Shown: in pieces, positions 26,801 to 39,300 of the stretch
How positions within the stretch are numbered: the first letter of the stretch is position 1
Layout: the number at the start of each line of letters is the position of its first letter
Source of the DNA: Takakia lepidozioides
Lineage: Eukaryota > Plantae > Bryophyta
Assembly (NCBI GenBank): GCA_030704615.1
Contig: CM060731.1
Location: 53,754,001 to 53,818,000, forward strand
Direction of reading: 5' to 3'
Length of the DNA: 64,000 bases
Made by a program: the position numbers and the translations under genes
Notes under the pieces: generated by a model
Told to the model about the DNA's origin: nothing
Database searches by the model: none
Seen by the model: the letters and a program-made list of their open reading frames with translations, nothing else

Positions 26801-27593
26801 CACTGGAGGGAACTCGTAGATAGCATTCCCATCCACAACATCAGGCAAAGTTTCCACAGAATGGATTGGAGTTTTGTCGTAATCAAGCCTAAGAAGGTCA
26901 CTGGAGCGGGAACCCGTTGTCTTCATCCTCCGCAATATGTCGATTACTGAGCGGACGGAAGTTGAGTCGGACGGTGTATGCTGAACACTCCTAGTGACGG
27001 ACGACTTCGAAACATACGATGGAAGGACCATACAGTCTTCATCGTCACTGGATAAGTCCTGGACGACTGTTTCCCCTTTTCCTGGATTTCCCTTTTCACA
27101 TGTTTGGGCTTCTCTGCTTGTGAAGAGGTGCCCACATCCTTCACATCTTGCACGCCAGACCCTCTTGTGGAAGGAGGATCAACCAAGTTCCAGCGTGGGA
27201 ACTCTTTAGGCACGATTTCACCAATGGCACTGTACCGGATGGATTCAGAAGCTGGGAGCCGCCACTCTTTGCCTTTTCCGAAATCTGCATGCAGAATGAC
27301 GGCACTTTCCAGAAAATTTCCATAAGCATCCTTCGTCTCCTCTTCCAAAAACACCGTTCCAGGGCGGAGCCCGAACTTCACACACAAGTACTGCTCAGTG
27401 ACATCGCAAATCCTTGGTCGCAGGGTATTTTAGCTTTCAGAGAATCAGGATGGAAGTACACGTTGACCCAAACACGGGAGTCCATTTTGAAGACGGGACC
27501 TCTCGGTACGCTCCGCAGCGAAGTCCTGCAATGAGAAGAGTGTGTCCTACCTAATAACACAAATGATTTTCTGGAGGATTCCGTATCCAACAT
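23892..27593 (-). pseudogene. MULE-type DDE transposase with N-terminal Cys/His (WRKY/GCM-like) region and C-terminal SWIM finger; intron 25319-25404; frameshifts
   Basis: RKHDGH, CAGHLKCFSSTC, FKCAHC..PTC..C, ACIHIGKHEHP; catalytic VMFDH / FMADNA / CGFH / NMAES; SWIM CNCEDF...CKHLY; GT-AG intron. Confidence 0.85.
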
Positions 27594-27729
27594 GATGGGT
27601 GATCAGTGCACGTAAAGATGAAGGTGTGTAACGTACGTTAAAAAACGGACGAAAACAGCAAGTTCACATCGGATATTTGGTGCCTGAATTGTAATGTACA
27701 ACCACTGGGGTACAATAAATCAGGCCTTC

Positions 27730-29485
27730 CCATGAATTTCGGCACCGAAATCTGGATGAACATCTCTGTCATGTAACAGCTTTGGAAGCCAAGGGATGAA
27801 TTCTGGCAACAGAAATCGTAATTTGTTTACCTCATTAAACTGACCAAGCACCCAACGGATGGATTTCGGTGCCGAAATTCGGATGAACTTCTTCTTCATT
27901 AAATTGTATCTGCACATATGGGTTGAATTTAGATGCCAAAATACGGATGAATGTGTTCCTGATTACAGTCGTGATTCACCACGTGTCCGGATATCGGTGC
28001 CGACTTCCGAATGACAGTAATCCTGATTCGGCAGAATGGATGTATTTCGGCGCCGAAATTCATTCTTCATCTCCTTTTCCGACCCTAATTCTGCTGCCCT
28101 GCGGATGGATTTCGGTGCCAGAATTCATCGGAAGTCCTTTCTGTTTTTATTTTTTCTTTGCGACAGATGAACTTTGGCGCCGAATCTCATCCAAGTACTC
28201 CCTTTTAATTTTCCTTTTTCTTCGAGAGCAATGAATTTCGGCGCCGAAATTCAACCAAATCCTCGATTTTTTTTTTTTCTTCGCGAGCATTGAATTTCGG
28301 CGCCGAAATTCATTCCAAGTCCAGGAGATTTTTTTTATTTTCCTTCGCGAGCAATGAATTTCGGCGCCGAAATTCATCCGAAGTCCTCCGAATTTTTTTT
28401 TTATTTTCCTTCGCGAGCAATGAATTTCGGCGCCGAAATTCATCCGAAGTCCTCCAGAAATTTTTTTTCCTTCGCGAGCAATGAATTTCGGCGCCGAAAT
28501 TCAGCCGACTTCATCCCTCCAAATTCTTTTCAGGGTTTTAGCGCCGGATTTCGGCGCCGAAATTCATCCAATGCCTTCCCTCCAATATTTATTTTTTCTT
28601 TGAAATGGATCAATTTCGGCGCCGAAATTCATCCTTACTGTCCGCAATGAGTAACTCTAATATTACATTTTCTATGCGACGGATGAATTTCGGCGCCGAA
28701 ATTCGTCCAAACCCGGCACTTACTTTTTGCTTTTGGATGATAATTTTCCGTAAATCGTTGGAAATACCCCGTTCCGACGAATATAACAGGAATATTCTGC
28801 ATTTAATGGAGAAATCGGCATATTAAACCACTTCTGTCAAAATTAATTGCATTTTAGCCGTTTTTTTTCATTTGAAACCGACAGTATCCATTAAGTGGTC
28901 TTTTTCGCACGGGACGTTGCCGCACATAAAGTATAATTTCGGCGCCGAAATTATAGTTAAATGTCCAGAAATGGCAAGTCCAACAGGCATGGACAGCATC
29001 CGTCAGGGGCAATGATGGCGGCAAAGCATAGCATCGTGCGATTTAGTCTTCGCTCTGGATGAATTTCGGCGCCGAAATATGGATGATTTCACCTCGTCTA
29101 CGCGCGGACGGACATATTCGTAATGAATTTCGGCGCCGAAATATGGATGAAATGTGCCGAAGTGCAACCGTTTCCGTTGTCCCGGAATTAATTCCGGCTC
29201 CGATATCCCACTGACAGGTTTGCTCATGACGAATGAGGACTTGGGAAGCGATGAATTGCGGCGCCGAAATTTGTAAGTTTGTGTATGAAAGCACTTGAAT
29301 AGGATGAATTTCGGCGCCGAAATTCATCCGTCCGCTGATGAAACGTACCGACCTGACTGTTGAATGTCATATGCAGGGGATTTTCATGGCGGTTGGGTTT
29401 CATGATGTGCGGATATTTCATTCAATGCCGGCTGCTCCGGGAACAGCATCCGGTGAACGGAAGGTATTTCGGTGCCGCAATTCGG
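27730..29485. repeat. Array of ~20 palindromes AATTTCGGCGCCGAAATT in the divergent intergenic region of MULE-1
   Basis: Perfect 28-bp palindrome GGATGAATTTCGGCGCCGAAATTCATCC at 29302-29329; ~60-66-bp tandem units at 28220-28500. Confidence 0.95.
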
Positions 29486-29991
29486 ATAAACCGTCATACA
29501 CTGGTGGCTGGAACTGGCACGCGTCGTGTTCCAGTCGACTTCATCCGTGCGAACGTGTCAGGGGTCACAATCTCTTCATCACCCATACGGCAGAAAGTGG
29601 TGGACGGTGGCAACGCTTCGGGAGACGTGGCTGCTTACGCATCTGCTCGTGCATAGTGGTTGCATGTTCCACCGCTTCGGTCTCTCGCTCCTTGCCCTTC
29701 TGCAGTGACATTCTCCTTGCGTTTCCTCCCTTATGCGGCATAGTGGTAGCATAGAGTTTGTGGAAGGTCAGGCGACTCCGGCAAAGAGGAGGACGCGGGA
29801 TTTTGGGAAGCCGCCGACGACACGACTTAAGCTCCGTCTCATGCATGAAATGCAGACCTCGTTATCCGGAGACTCGGATCGCCCACCAGTGAGAGATTCG
29901 TGCTTCGCGGATGTGAAGCACTCCATACGCAATATTCCTTTTACACCTTTTTTTTGGCGTGCAGTGTCTCATGTTTTCCTGTTTGTTTGAC

Positions 29992-32900
29992 ATGGGAGCT
30001 GGGGAGGGATCGCAGGGGGGCGAGGCAACACAGTCAACTTTGGATACTCCTGCCCGGGTGCTGCGCTCACAAGGTGGAAGTGCATCGAGGCAGACGAGTC
30101 CTCATTCAACACCTCAGATATCGCCTCCGAAAAGCCCACCTAGAGTTCGGAAGCCGAGAAAGCAGAAGGAGCCCATGGCTTCGCCAGTAAAACCCCTAGG
30201 GAGACTGGAAGCGGAGATATTGGGTTTGCAGTCAATTTCAGAAAACACAGATGCGGTGGAGGCCGCTGGAGATGTGGGAGTCGGATCTGCAGAAGGGCGG
30301 CCCATTCAACTGACAGAAGGAGAGGACGATAACGTGGTACGACTTGGCGACGATCAGAACCTGCTGGAGCTTGCGGAGGAGAAAAACCTCCAGGACAGTA
30401 CACAGGCTGGTGAGAGGGGTGAGGGAAGTGACAGAGGTGATACAAGTAAGAAACTGGTGGCGGGTATGCTCATGAGCGCACGAGACATGAACATAGCAGC
30501 AAACAGGTTGCTGGCAGAGACTCATAGCAACATAGGCCGCGTTTTGGGCTCCATGGTGTATCCGAGAACCTTAAAGTTCCTTTGTGTCGCATGGTAAGCC
30601 TTCCAGTTGTAAGGCAAGCACTGCCAGGGGATATCGATCGACTGAAGCACAACTTCAGAGAAGGGTACAGACGGGGGTCGGCAGCATTCTACTACGTTTC
30701 CATTGAGAATGACCAGGGTGTCACAAGGGGCCCCACTGCAGAGGAGCTTCAGAATTGGGGCCCCCACTGGCACACTGTTAATGCCAGTTTGAAGCCTATC
30801 TGAAGACTAATCCCACATTCGCACACATGGAAGGGAAGATGTTCTTCGTTTGGGACGGGAACCACAGGATGCTTGCCTGGACAGAGTACATTGCTGAAAT
30901 GCATCCGCAAGATATCAGTTGGCATTACATGGTGGACTGCATTGTCGTGAAGGTGGACGTCAGGGACAGAGGACTGTTGAAGGGTGCCATGGCGGATATA
31001 AATCTGTAAGTATACAATTACATCCTTGTGTACTGCCTATTGCGGCGCCGAAATAGGCAATGTTCACCACTGTCATGCACTCTATGAACTGGAAATTGGA
31101 TTGCTGTGCCGAAATCATATTTTCATGTTGTTTTTTTTTCTCCATGGCAGGGTAACAGAGAGGGCCTTCGTGGAAACTCATCTGGCACATACGCTCTACA
31201 GAGTGCAAGAAGTGGGGACAGCTCCGCTGACGGACTTCCAAAAGTCCCTCGATCCCGAGCTGTACAGGAAGTCCCTAGCGAAAGCAGATCGCACCTGGTA
31301 CCGACCAACACTGGACGCCATGGTGGAGATCCTCTATTCGGTGAGGTTCATCTCAAATTTCAGTATCAATTTAATGTTATTTGTTGCAGGGATCCGTGGC
31401 CTGACTGTATCTGCTGGGTATGGGAATGCAGACGAACATCAGGGATGACTTGGCCTATGCCAAAAGGCAGTTCTTTGAGAATGATGCCCCCAACAAGGCG
31501 GACGCGTCGATAGAGAGTCATATTGTGCAGGCAGGGAAGCAATCCCGGACCAAGTACAGGTCCAAACTTGTTAAGCAAGTTGCAATCGCTGACCCTGGTC
31601 TTGGTGCCGAGTTCCTGGCGGAGATAGGACTGCATTACTCCAGACCCATGAAACCGGAAATGTCCATGGAGAAACTTCATCACATCGCAGTGTCCTGTGT
31701 TGAGCCAGCGGAGAAGGTAAGCATGTGTTTATTCTTGTTTTGTGACTTCTCGCGATTCTTATGTTGGAGTTCTTGTCTGACCGATGTGAGGTGGCTGCAG
31801 ACGAGGTGGCTGCGAATCTGGAACGGCCATACAAACACGAAGCTGCTGTACCACTTTCCCATCGAGCCAACAGACGACAAAATGAACGACTGGCTCAATG
31901 TCATGACTTGGTGGCATCAGGTATAATTTTCTCCTATTCTGTGTTGGACATCGTCGCAATTTCAAAATCATGAATGTTTTGGAAACCTGCCATGATGCAG
32001 GTACTGACCCACGCCCAGGAGCAATTGGACTGCAACACCACCACTTTCAAGTTACAGATCGACTGGACGAAGCCTGAGACAATGGAAACTACGTGCAGTC
32101 GTGGCGAGGGCGCTTCGCAACCTCTTTTTCAGAGAATTTGCAAGGCAAGACGCAGCGTATACATCGAAGAGCAGGAGGGTGCCGACAAAGCGGCAATGCG
32201 TGTCCTGTTCAGGTAATCTGCTGACAATGCATCCCCGTATTTGCAGTTTAGATGATTTGGTTAAGCAGCGATGGATATTGCGGCGCCGAAATATACCTCT
32301 GCAAGATGTGAGTTCTGGGTAATTGGGGCACGGTCCACTCCGTATTTCGGTGCCGAAATACCTTGTGCATTGACAACTTCCACTTGCATGATGCATCGGT
32401 AGAATGATTTTTGTTGAACTGCCTCGTGATTGCAGGTACATAAACTTTGCACTCATTCCGTCCGGAGCCATTCAAAGGGTTCCACCATTCTTCCTGGCGT
32501 GGAGGACACCTGGAGGTCGTGGAACGATGTACACAGAAGTAATGGCGAAGGAGTGGCATGCCGAGCATTTTGGAAACTGCCCCTGGTATGTGGATCTCCC
32601 AAGTGGGACCGTTGACCTCTCGGAGGTTAACTTGAAGAAGGAAGCGAATGCCAGGGCTATGAAGGCGCAATCGATCCCCAACCAGGACGCGGAAAGACTG
32701 AAAGCAGAGGAGGCAGCCAAGCAGAAAGCACTGAGAGTCAGCCAAGGCGGCAGCGTTGGCAAAGGAGCAGATGGAGAAGGCAGGCAGCTGAGCAGCCCAA
32801 GGACAGGAAGAAAAGAACGCGCAAACAGGGCAAGAGACGAAGACCCCCACACCCAAGAAGAAAAGCAGCAACACAGTCAGCCAGATGAGGAGGATTCCGA

Positions 32901-34800
32901 CGACGATTTCCAGCAGGAAAACACCCAGGGGGCCACACCTCGTCCGAAATTCACAAGGGCCAGCGCTCCGGGGGGTCGGCTGCGCAGAGATCACTATACG
33001 AGGATCACCTGGCAGACCCTACCGTGCGGTTGCAGATTGCGGGCAGGGAAGTCCTCAAAACCCCACAATTGTGGAGTGGTTAATGAAAATTTCCTAACTG
33101 CTCTGACCAAAGGCTGGATAACGAGATTGAGGAAGGCGATCGAGGCCCACCAGGGAAGGGGAAGAGGAAGGCCACTGGCAATGATATGGAGGACACTCCT
33201 GGCTACACAAAGATGATGGAGTATTTTGTGGCAATGAGCCACGGCAAAAAGAGCACAGTCGGGGGCAGGGCGGTGAAAGCCGCCATCGACATGATCCTTG
33301 TGGAATCCCGATGGGCAGGAGATATTCGGTGCTGGCTCAGTTCCCTGGTGGACAATACGCCGAAAGATACTGGAGCCACACATTCGGGTTCGCAGCCAAC
33401 ATGTTGGACGACGTTGGCTGTGTTGTTGTGCTAGCAGCCGATGGAGAAGTCACTGAGAATGATATCAAAGTATGGACGGGGAGAAGTGCAGCACCCATCC
33501 TGAAAAAGATCTGGACTTGCATCAACACGCAGGGTCTTCTCAACGATGGCCAGAAGGTATGCTGTGGTTCTCCTCTGCTATGTCAATTTCTGCGCCGAAA
33601 TTGCCCCTGTACGTGTAGGCCACCTCTGACGTTTTCATTTCCTTCTCTGCAGACTCTTATCTTTCAGGCATTTTGCTTCGTGAAGGAACATTCGAAATTC
33701 AAATTACGTGAAGCAGGAAGACTTGTTGATTCCACAGTTGATCCACTGGAGTATAACGTCCTGTTCAACCATGTGGGAGAGAAGGACATTCTTTGTGATT
33801 TGTCGGGCAAGCCATGGAGGTATGGCAGGACCAGGAGTCCTGCATTCATCCAGACGCTCATGGAAACGTGTACGGATGTTGAAGGCAGGGTCCTTGACGT
33901 CACTGCAAATACAGGTGAGAACGTTAATTGAATGCGGCACCGAAATTGACACCATTTCCGTTTCTGTATGTTTGCTTGTGCGAGGAAGCGACTCATTCTT
34001 GAGTTTGGCTGTGGTTGTGTCGTATGAATTCGCAGGTGCCTGTATGTGGGCGGGAAGGATGTCGAACCGATTTGTGTTCTCATTTGAGGGGGATACGGCC
34101 TTGTACGATTACAATTTGGCGGGCCTTCAGCGTCTGCCTCCGACTGAGGATCCCAAAAACGCAGAAGAGGACGTGGAAGGAGAGGAGGAAGATGAAGAGG
34201 AGGAAGTCCGGGAAATTCGTTCGATGCAGGGGCGCCCGAAGCCGCTTCCCCAATGCCTGTCTTCGAGTGAGTTGCACCATAGTAAGTGTATTGGTTTCGG
34301 TTGTAGGGACCATGCAACCTGCCGATGATTCCCTGTTTGAATTCTCTAATGTACTTCATTCTATGTTTGTGCGTACACTCAGCCTTGCAGAGTCGTCCGA
34401 CGAGGAGAAGCTGGGAGACTTGCTCGAATCGGACCCTGTTGCAGAGGAGGAGACAGAATCGCATCGGCCATTCTTTGCCAGAAAATCGTTTCTCGCGAGT
34501 CCCCAGAAGCCCTTTTTTCTACCAGCCTATGCAGACACGGCTGCCAAAGAAGCCATCAGGAGGGAGGATAGGCCTACTCGGTTAGAGCAATTGACATACG
34601 GGAATGAGCAGAGAATTATAATGAGGCGTGAGGCCAAACATAGAATTGTGAAAGGCAGAGTAGGGAAGTTCGTAATAGAATCCGCGTCCGAGAGCGAGGG
34701 GAATGTTGAGGACACTTCCGCACCCAGGTGGACAGTTCCGGCTGGTGAGGATGGTATTTTTGAGGGGAGGGCTTCTCAGAGTAACACAGCGGCAGTGCAG
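29992..34800 (+). pseudogene. Multi-exon cargo gene: ParB/Srx-like domain, helical middle region, and beta-class N6A/N4C DNA-methyltransferase-like domain
   Basis: LCRMVSLPVVR...FFVWDGNHRMLAW (DGNHR 30854-30868); frameshifted IDMILV..PDGQ..YWSHTFGF..LDDVGCVVV; PWRYGRTRSPAFIQTLMETCTDVEGRVLDVTANTG|ACMWAGRMSNRFVFSFEGD. GT-AG introns approximately 31007-31150, 31341-31430, 31717-31800, 31921-32000, 32213-32435, 33558-33652, 33914-34035. Collinear homolog at 36.4-42.3 kb. Confidence 0.75.
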
Positions 34801-35804
34801 GTTCGGAGGCAGGTGGAAGGCAGCCATCCTTGCATGAGGGCGGGGATGCATTGGACAGTGATAGCGGATCCTCACCATAGCAAAGTCTCATTTGGATCCT
34901 TTTGTTGTACAGTTCTGAAACACTTAATGAAAATATTGACGATTTGAAAAATCATTGTGTTCAGACTGCTTGTCCATTCCTACATTTCTTCCGCCAACCA
35001 AAATCTATAATAAAAGCAAAAGAGACGCAAACTTCAGTGAAGAACCCTACAAGTAATTTATGCACACCATCGAGCCGGGAACTTGAAGCCATGAAAACCC
35101 TGCCGTTTCTAACATTCCTATTGGGAAATTTGGCGCCGAAATAGCCCAGTTTGCGCCTTCGTTATATGGGCCTCAAAAATTCCACGGATGAATTACTGCA
35201 CCAAAATATTGCGATGGAAGCCTTCAGCACAAGGCACTTCACCACATTCCACTTGGGTATTTCGGCGCCGAAATTGCCCGTTCTGCGCCTTTAAATACCG
35301 CACTATATCACATTTTAAGAGGTAATTTCGGTGCCGAAATACCCGGTGGATGTCTTCAAAACACCATTTTAGCACACTGCTCTTGGGAATAACGGCGCCG
35401 AAATTCCTCATTCCGCATCCTGGACCAGGAGAAACAGACCCTATTACCGAGGTAAGAGGACATAACACCGTCAATAAAGGCAGGAAAATTCCAATTCCGC
35501 GGATGCCCGCTCATGAGCTCATAGGCTCATAGGCTCATGGGCTCATGCGCTCATGAAATAGTAAACCTCGTATTTGAGCGCTTGAGCAGGGATGCCTCGG
35601 CGTGAGCCTGGTCACGTGAGCGCGTGAGCACAACTGCGCTCACGCCACGTCACCTTGCGCAAATGCCACGTCACGGGGCTCACTCCACGTCATCACACGT
35701 GAAGGCCGCGTCACCACGCGCCAGAAAGAAGTGGAGTGTATTCCCGCGGATTGGCACCCTTTACCGCGGAAACAAGCTGGACGACATAATAAAAGGCATT
35801 GAAT

Positions 35805-36160
35805 AAAGGATGGATGAATGTACAGTTGGATGATAAACAGATGGATGAGTGTGAAAAATGAATGTAGATGGATGAATGAGGGATGGATAAGAGTAAAATG
35901 GATGAATGTATAATGGATGTTGAGCAATGACAAAAATTCATGACAGGAAGATGCATGACCAAAACTTTTGACGAATGCACAACGTATATGAAATGAGTGT
36001 GGAAGGTTTGTGGGGTGGATTAAAGAGTACAGAGGATGAATGTACAATGGATGTTGAACAAAGGAAAAAATTCATGAATGGAGCACGCATGAATACACTG
36101 TAGATGAATGCACAATGGATATGAGAAGAGTCAGGGAGGTTTGTGAGATGGATTCATACA
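35805..36160 (+). repeat. Low-complexity GGATGAATG-type repeats in the MULE-3 subterminal region
   Basis: Many GGATGA/GGATGGAT units and a ~130-bp duplication. Confidence 0.65.
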
Positions 36161-36399
36161 TATTGCAATTTAAATGAAAGTTGATTCTGTGATTATTATT
36201 TGTTCTAAAGGAACAACTACGGTGGAGGAAGGGGATTCAACGTTTTCCAGATAGTATGAAAATGAATATTAAAAGAATATAGTTCAGTCTGACTCAGAGT
36301 CAGTACAATGTATCCCCGCTTCCTCTGCATCTAAGTCTAAGTATTTTAGAACACCGGATCCACGCTGGATACACCTACGGCTGGCCACTAAAAAGTCAG

Positions 36400-39300
36400 G
36401 GATAGGGACTCGGCCGCGTGAAGTGCCATTGCTTCGGCATAAACAGGAAGCAGAAAATTGGAAAGGGGGCTGTCGAAAACAGACTCGCCAGAAATGACTG
36501 TATCTCCTGAAGATCCACCGCTGCCTTTCCTGAAAGACAGCCTGAAAAAGTTATTACTGTAACTTTGATGTTATTGAGAAATTGAGTATGGCTCCCAAAG
36601 AGGGTTTAGCACTTACTCACATGAAAAGTCGTTGTCGACCTGCTTATCTTCGGGATCGTCATCATTTCGAATTGAATCCGATCAGTCTGTGTGCCTGAAG
36701 TGGAGCCAGACAAAAGGGGGAGGAGCACTGTGTTGTAGAGGTCAGAATCACCCTCCATGCCAAAAAAGGCTTCTTCCGCCTGCCTTGCATGCATGGTAAG
36801 TTGCTCCTGCACCAGACAGGAGAACATGAACAGTTTGGTGGGGGGATTTAAGCAGATGAAACTGTTGAAAGAAAACCAATTCGGAAGGGAAAGAACGAAC
36901 CTGTGGACACAGAAAGATCGACCACCCGTGCAGAGCGGTGGCTGCATGACTCCAGCAGTATTTGCATGAACGCTGGGGACTTTTCCTTTGCACCTCTCCA
37001 GGGAGTGCCATCTGGTCTCTTCAGAGTCTGACTGGACTGCATGAAGTTGTACAAAATGTCATCGACATGGGGCTCATAGGGGGGTTGACGAAACAACCCT
37101 GGTCAGAAATCTCAAAGCTGCGGATGGAGGATGGTGTCTTTGAGGTGCGAATCCTCCGCAGGCAGATCGCCTCGAACATCCTCGTCTGCCAAAGATAGCA
37201 GGTTAGTGTGGTAAACACAATCTATAGTGGAAGTGTGTACATCGGCTATTCAGAACTCAGACACAAAAAAATCATTTTTATCACGAATCGGTGATGATCG
37301 GTGTCGATCATAACAGATTCTACTAGAGTGGAGCTGCAGAGAACATTGAAACTCATCATGAAAGCACAAGCAGAAGGGAGACGGCATACCAGCTGACCAG
37401 GGAAACCCCCTTTCACAAGGTAGAGGCTGTTCACACAATTCCATGTGCGCAAAACTTCAAACCCTGAAGACTTGAGGTATGATGCCAATGCCCGACGACT
37501 ATCATTGTCACATGACTGAAAAAGCAGAAGTGTCCCTGCATCAGAGAGGAAGTTATTACAGAACCCGAACACCCAACTCCAGTAGTTGTCCTCGAATTTG
37601 TTCCAGCCTGGCGTCTTGCCCTTTGGAAGAACTTCTGGCACAGCCTGGCCATCCGGGATGTCGAGAATGACAATGTCGGCCGCATAAGTTTTCTGCACAC
37701 CGCACACGAAGGTGGGACCTGTGCTCACCTGCAACAGACATGTTTTTTATAAGAACGATGGCAAGAATGTTTTCAAAGAACGAGACTGAAATACTGCCAA
37801 CGAAACTTTCAGAGAAAAAGGAAAGAAACTGGAAATTCTCACCAGATTTAGGAATGAGATCATATTGTCCCAGGTAGGCGAAGGCATCCCAGTGTATCCT
37901 CTCTTTCCGACTCTGCATCATCGACAGCCAACCCTCATTAACATTTTCATCTCTCCTGCCGAATCAAAACGGGAAGGGTGTGGCTTGTCATCGAACACGC
38001 ACTAAACAGTGCGGGTATAATCTCCAGCAGTAAAGTCCCTGCCCACTCTCCATCTCCTTTTCTTTCTCCTTACCCTTGTCCTTTTTCCTTCTCTTTGGAC
38101 TTGTCTTTGTCCTTTGGCTTTGCTGGTGAGATGGCTATGACATCAACAGCCTTGTCTTTTGGTTCGGCCCGCCTTCTTTCCCTTCTGCGCGTTCCCCTGA
38201 GCATCAGCTCCTTGGCAGCCAATGTTGCTATGTTTCGTTGGTACGCTTCGTCAGTCAAAGGCACCAGCATCTCAGTGTTATTGTTCAAGTATTTCATATG
38301 CTGTTCTTGAAAGGTCATGTGCTCCGGTGGGCAGTCAAGGTACCACCCCCAGTCTCTGAAGTGAGAAGGACTCCAGTCCTTCAATATCCCGCAGTATACA
38401 TGGTTGTATCGTTTGCAGGGTCCGACCACATGTCAAGATAGTTTGGAATTCCGCTCAGGTGATTTCCTTCTATAAGCACATATTTCGTATACCTGAAAAA
38501 AAGGAGATAAAATCCCAACCCACAAAGCGTCAGTGAGTAAGATGCAAGTAAACAGAATGAAAAAAACATAGATTGAAATGGCTCTGAGAACTGCTCCAAG
38601 GACCTTTCAGGACCACAACACTGCTCCAGATGTGAATGTCGTCAACGCATTCAAAATATTCCATTCAATGATACTATAAATACACCCTAATATCCAGGTG
38701 AATGCAAACTATCGTTTTGGAATGACACAGACATAGAAGTGAATGTCGTCAACGACATTCACTTTGGATTTGTGAATACCCCTAATCAGCCTAATTATTC
38801 CTCAAATGAAGCAAAATCACAGGATGGAAATCATAAACTCGAGTAAGGAACCCTCCCGGAAAACTCAATGCACATTCATAACGAACATATCACTGAGGAC
38901 CTCACAACAACACTGTATGTGAATGGCGTCAACGCCATTCACAAAATACAACATGAACCAATTACTTAGCTCCCAATCCATGTACATTCAAATTGTCGCT
39001 GGTGAATAATACAGACACAGAGTGAATGTCGTCAACGACATTCTTTGGATTTCTCATAACAGAGCTTATGAAGCCTCCAGATTCCTCGCAAGAGGCAAAA
39101 ACAATGCAAAACAACTGAATGTCTGCATTGACATTCAACAAAATTAAGTGAGGAACCCTCACTGTAACCTCTATGGACATTACAAAAATTTACATAACTC
39201 TGAGGACCTCTCAACAACTCCGGATGTGAATGTCGTCAACGCCATTCAAGGACATTATCAATTCTAATCAGGGACACTATAATTACACCCTTAGATCCTA

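Larger units (their letters stand above)
22059..35569. mobile_element. MULE-1: complete 13.5-kb Mutator-like transposon with ParB-like/MTase-like cargo gene
   Basis: Imperfect TIRs GGGGGTTGCTATTCCATGAGC (22059) and GCTCATGAAATAGTAAACCTC (ends 35569) with subterminal CATGAGC repeats; perfect 9-bp TSD GTATTTGAG (22050-22058, 35570-35578). Removing the element restores the RT frame. Confidence 0.93.

Noticed and set aside
27730-29485. CRISPR-like array (regularly spaced palindromes; also 38600-39375 and 54950-56200)
   Set aside because: The spacers are copies of each other or T-rich rather than unique, there are no cas genes, and the context is a eukaryotic intron-containing TE.
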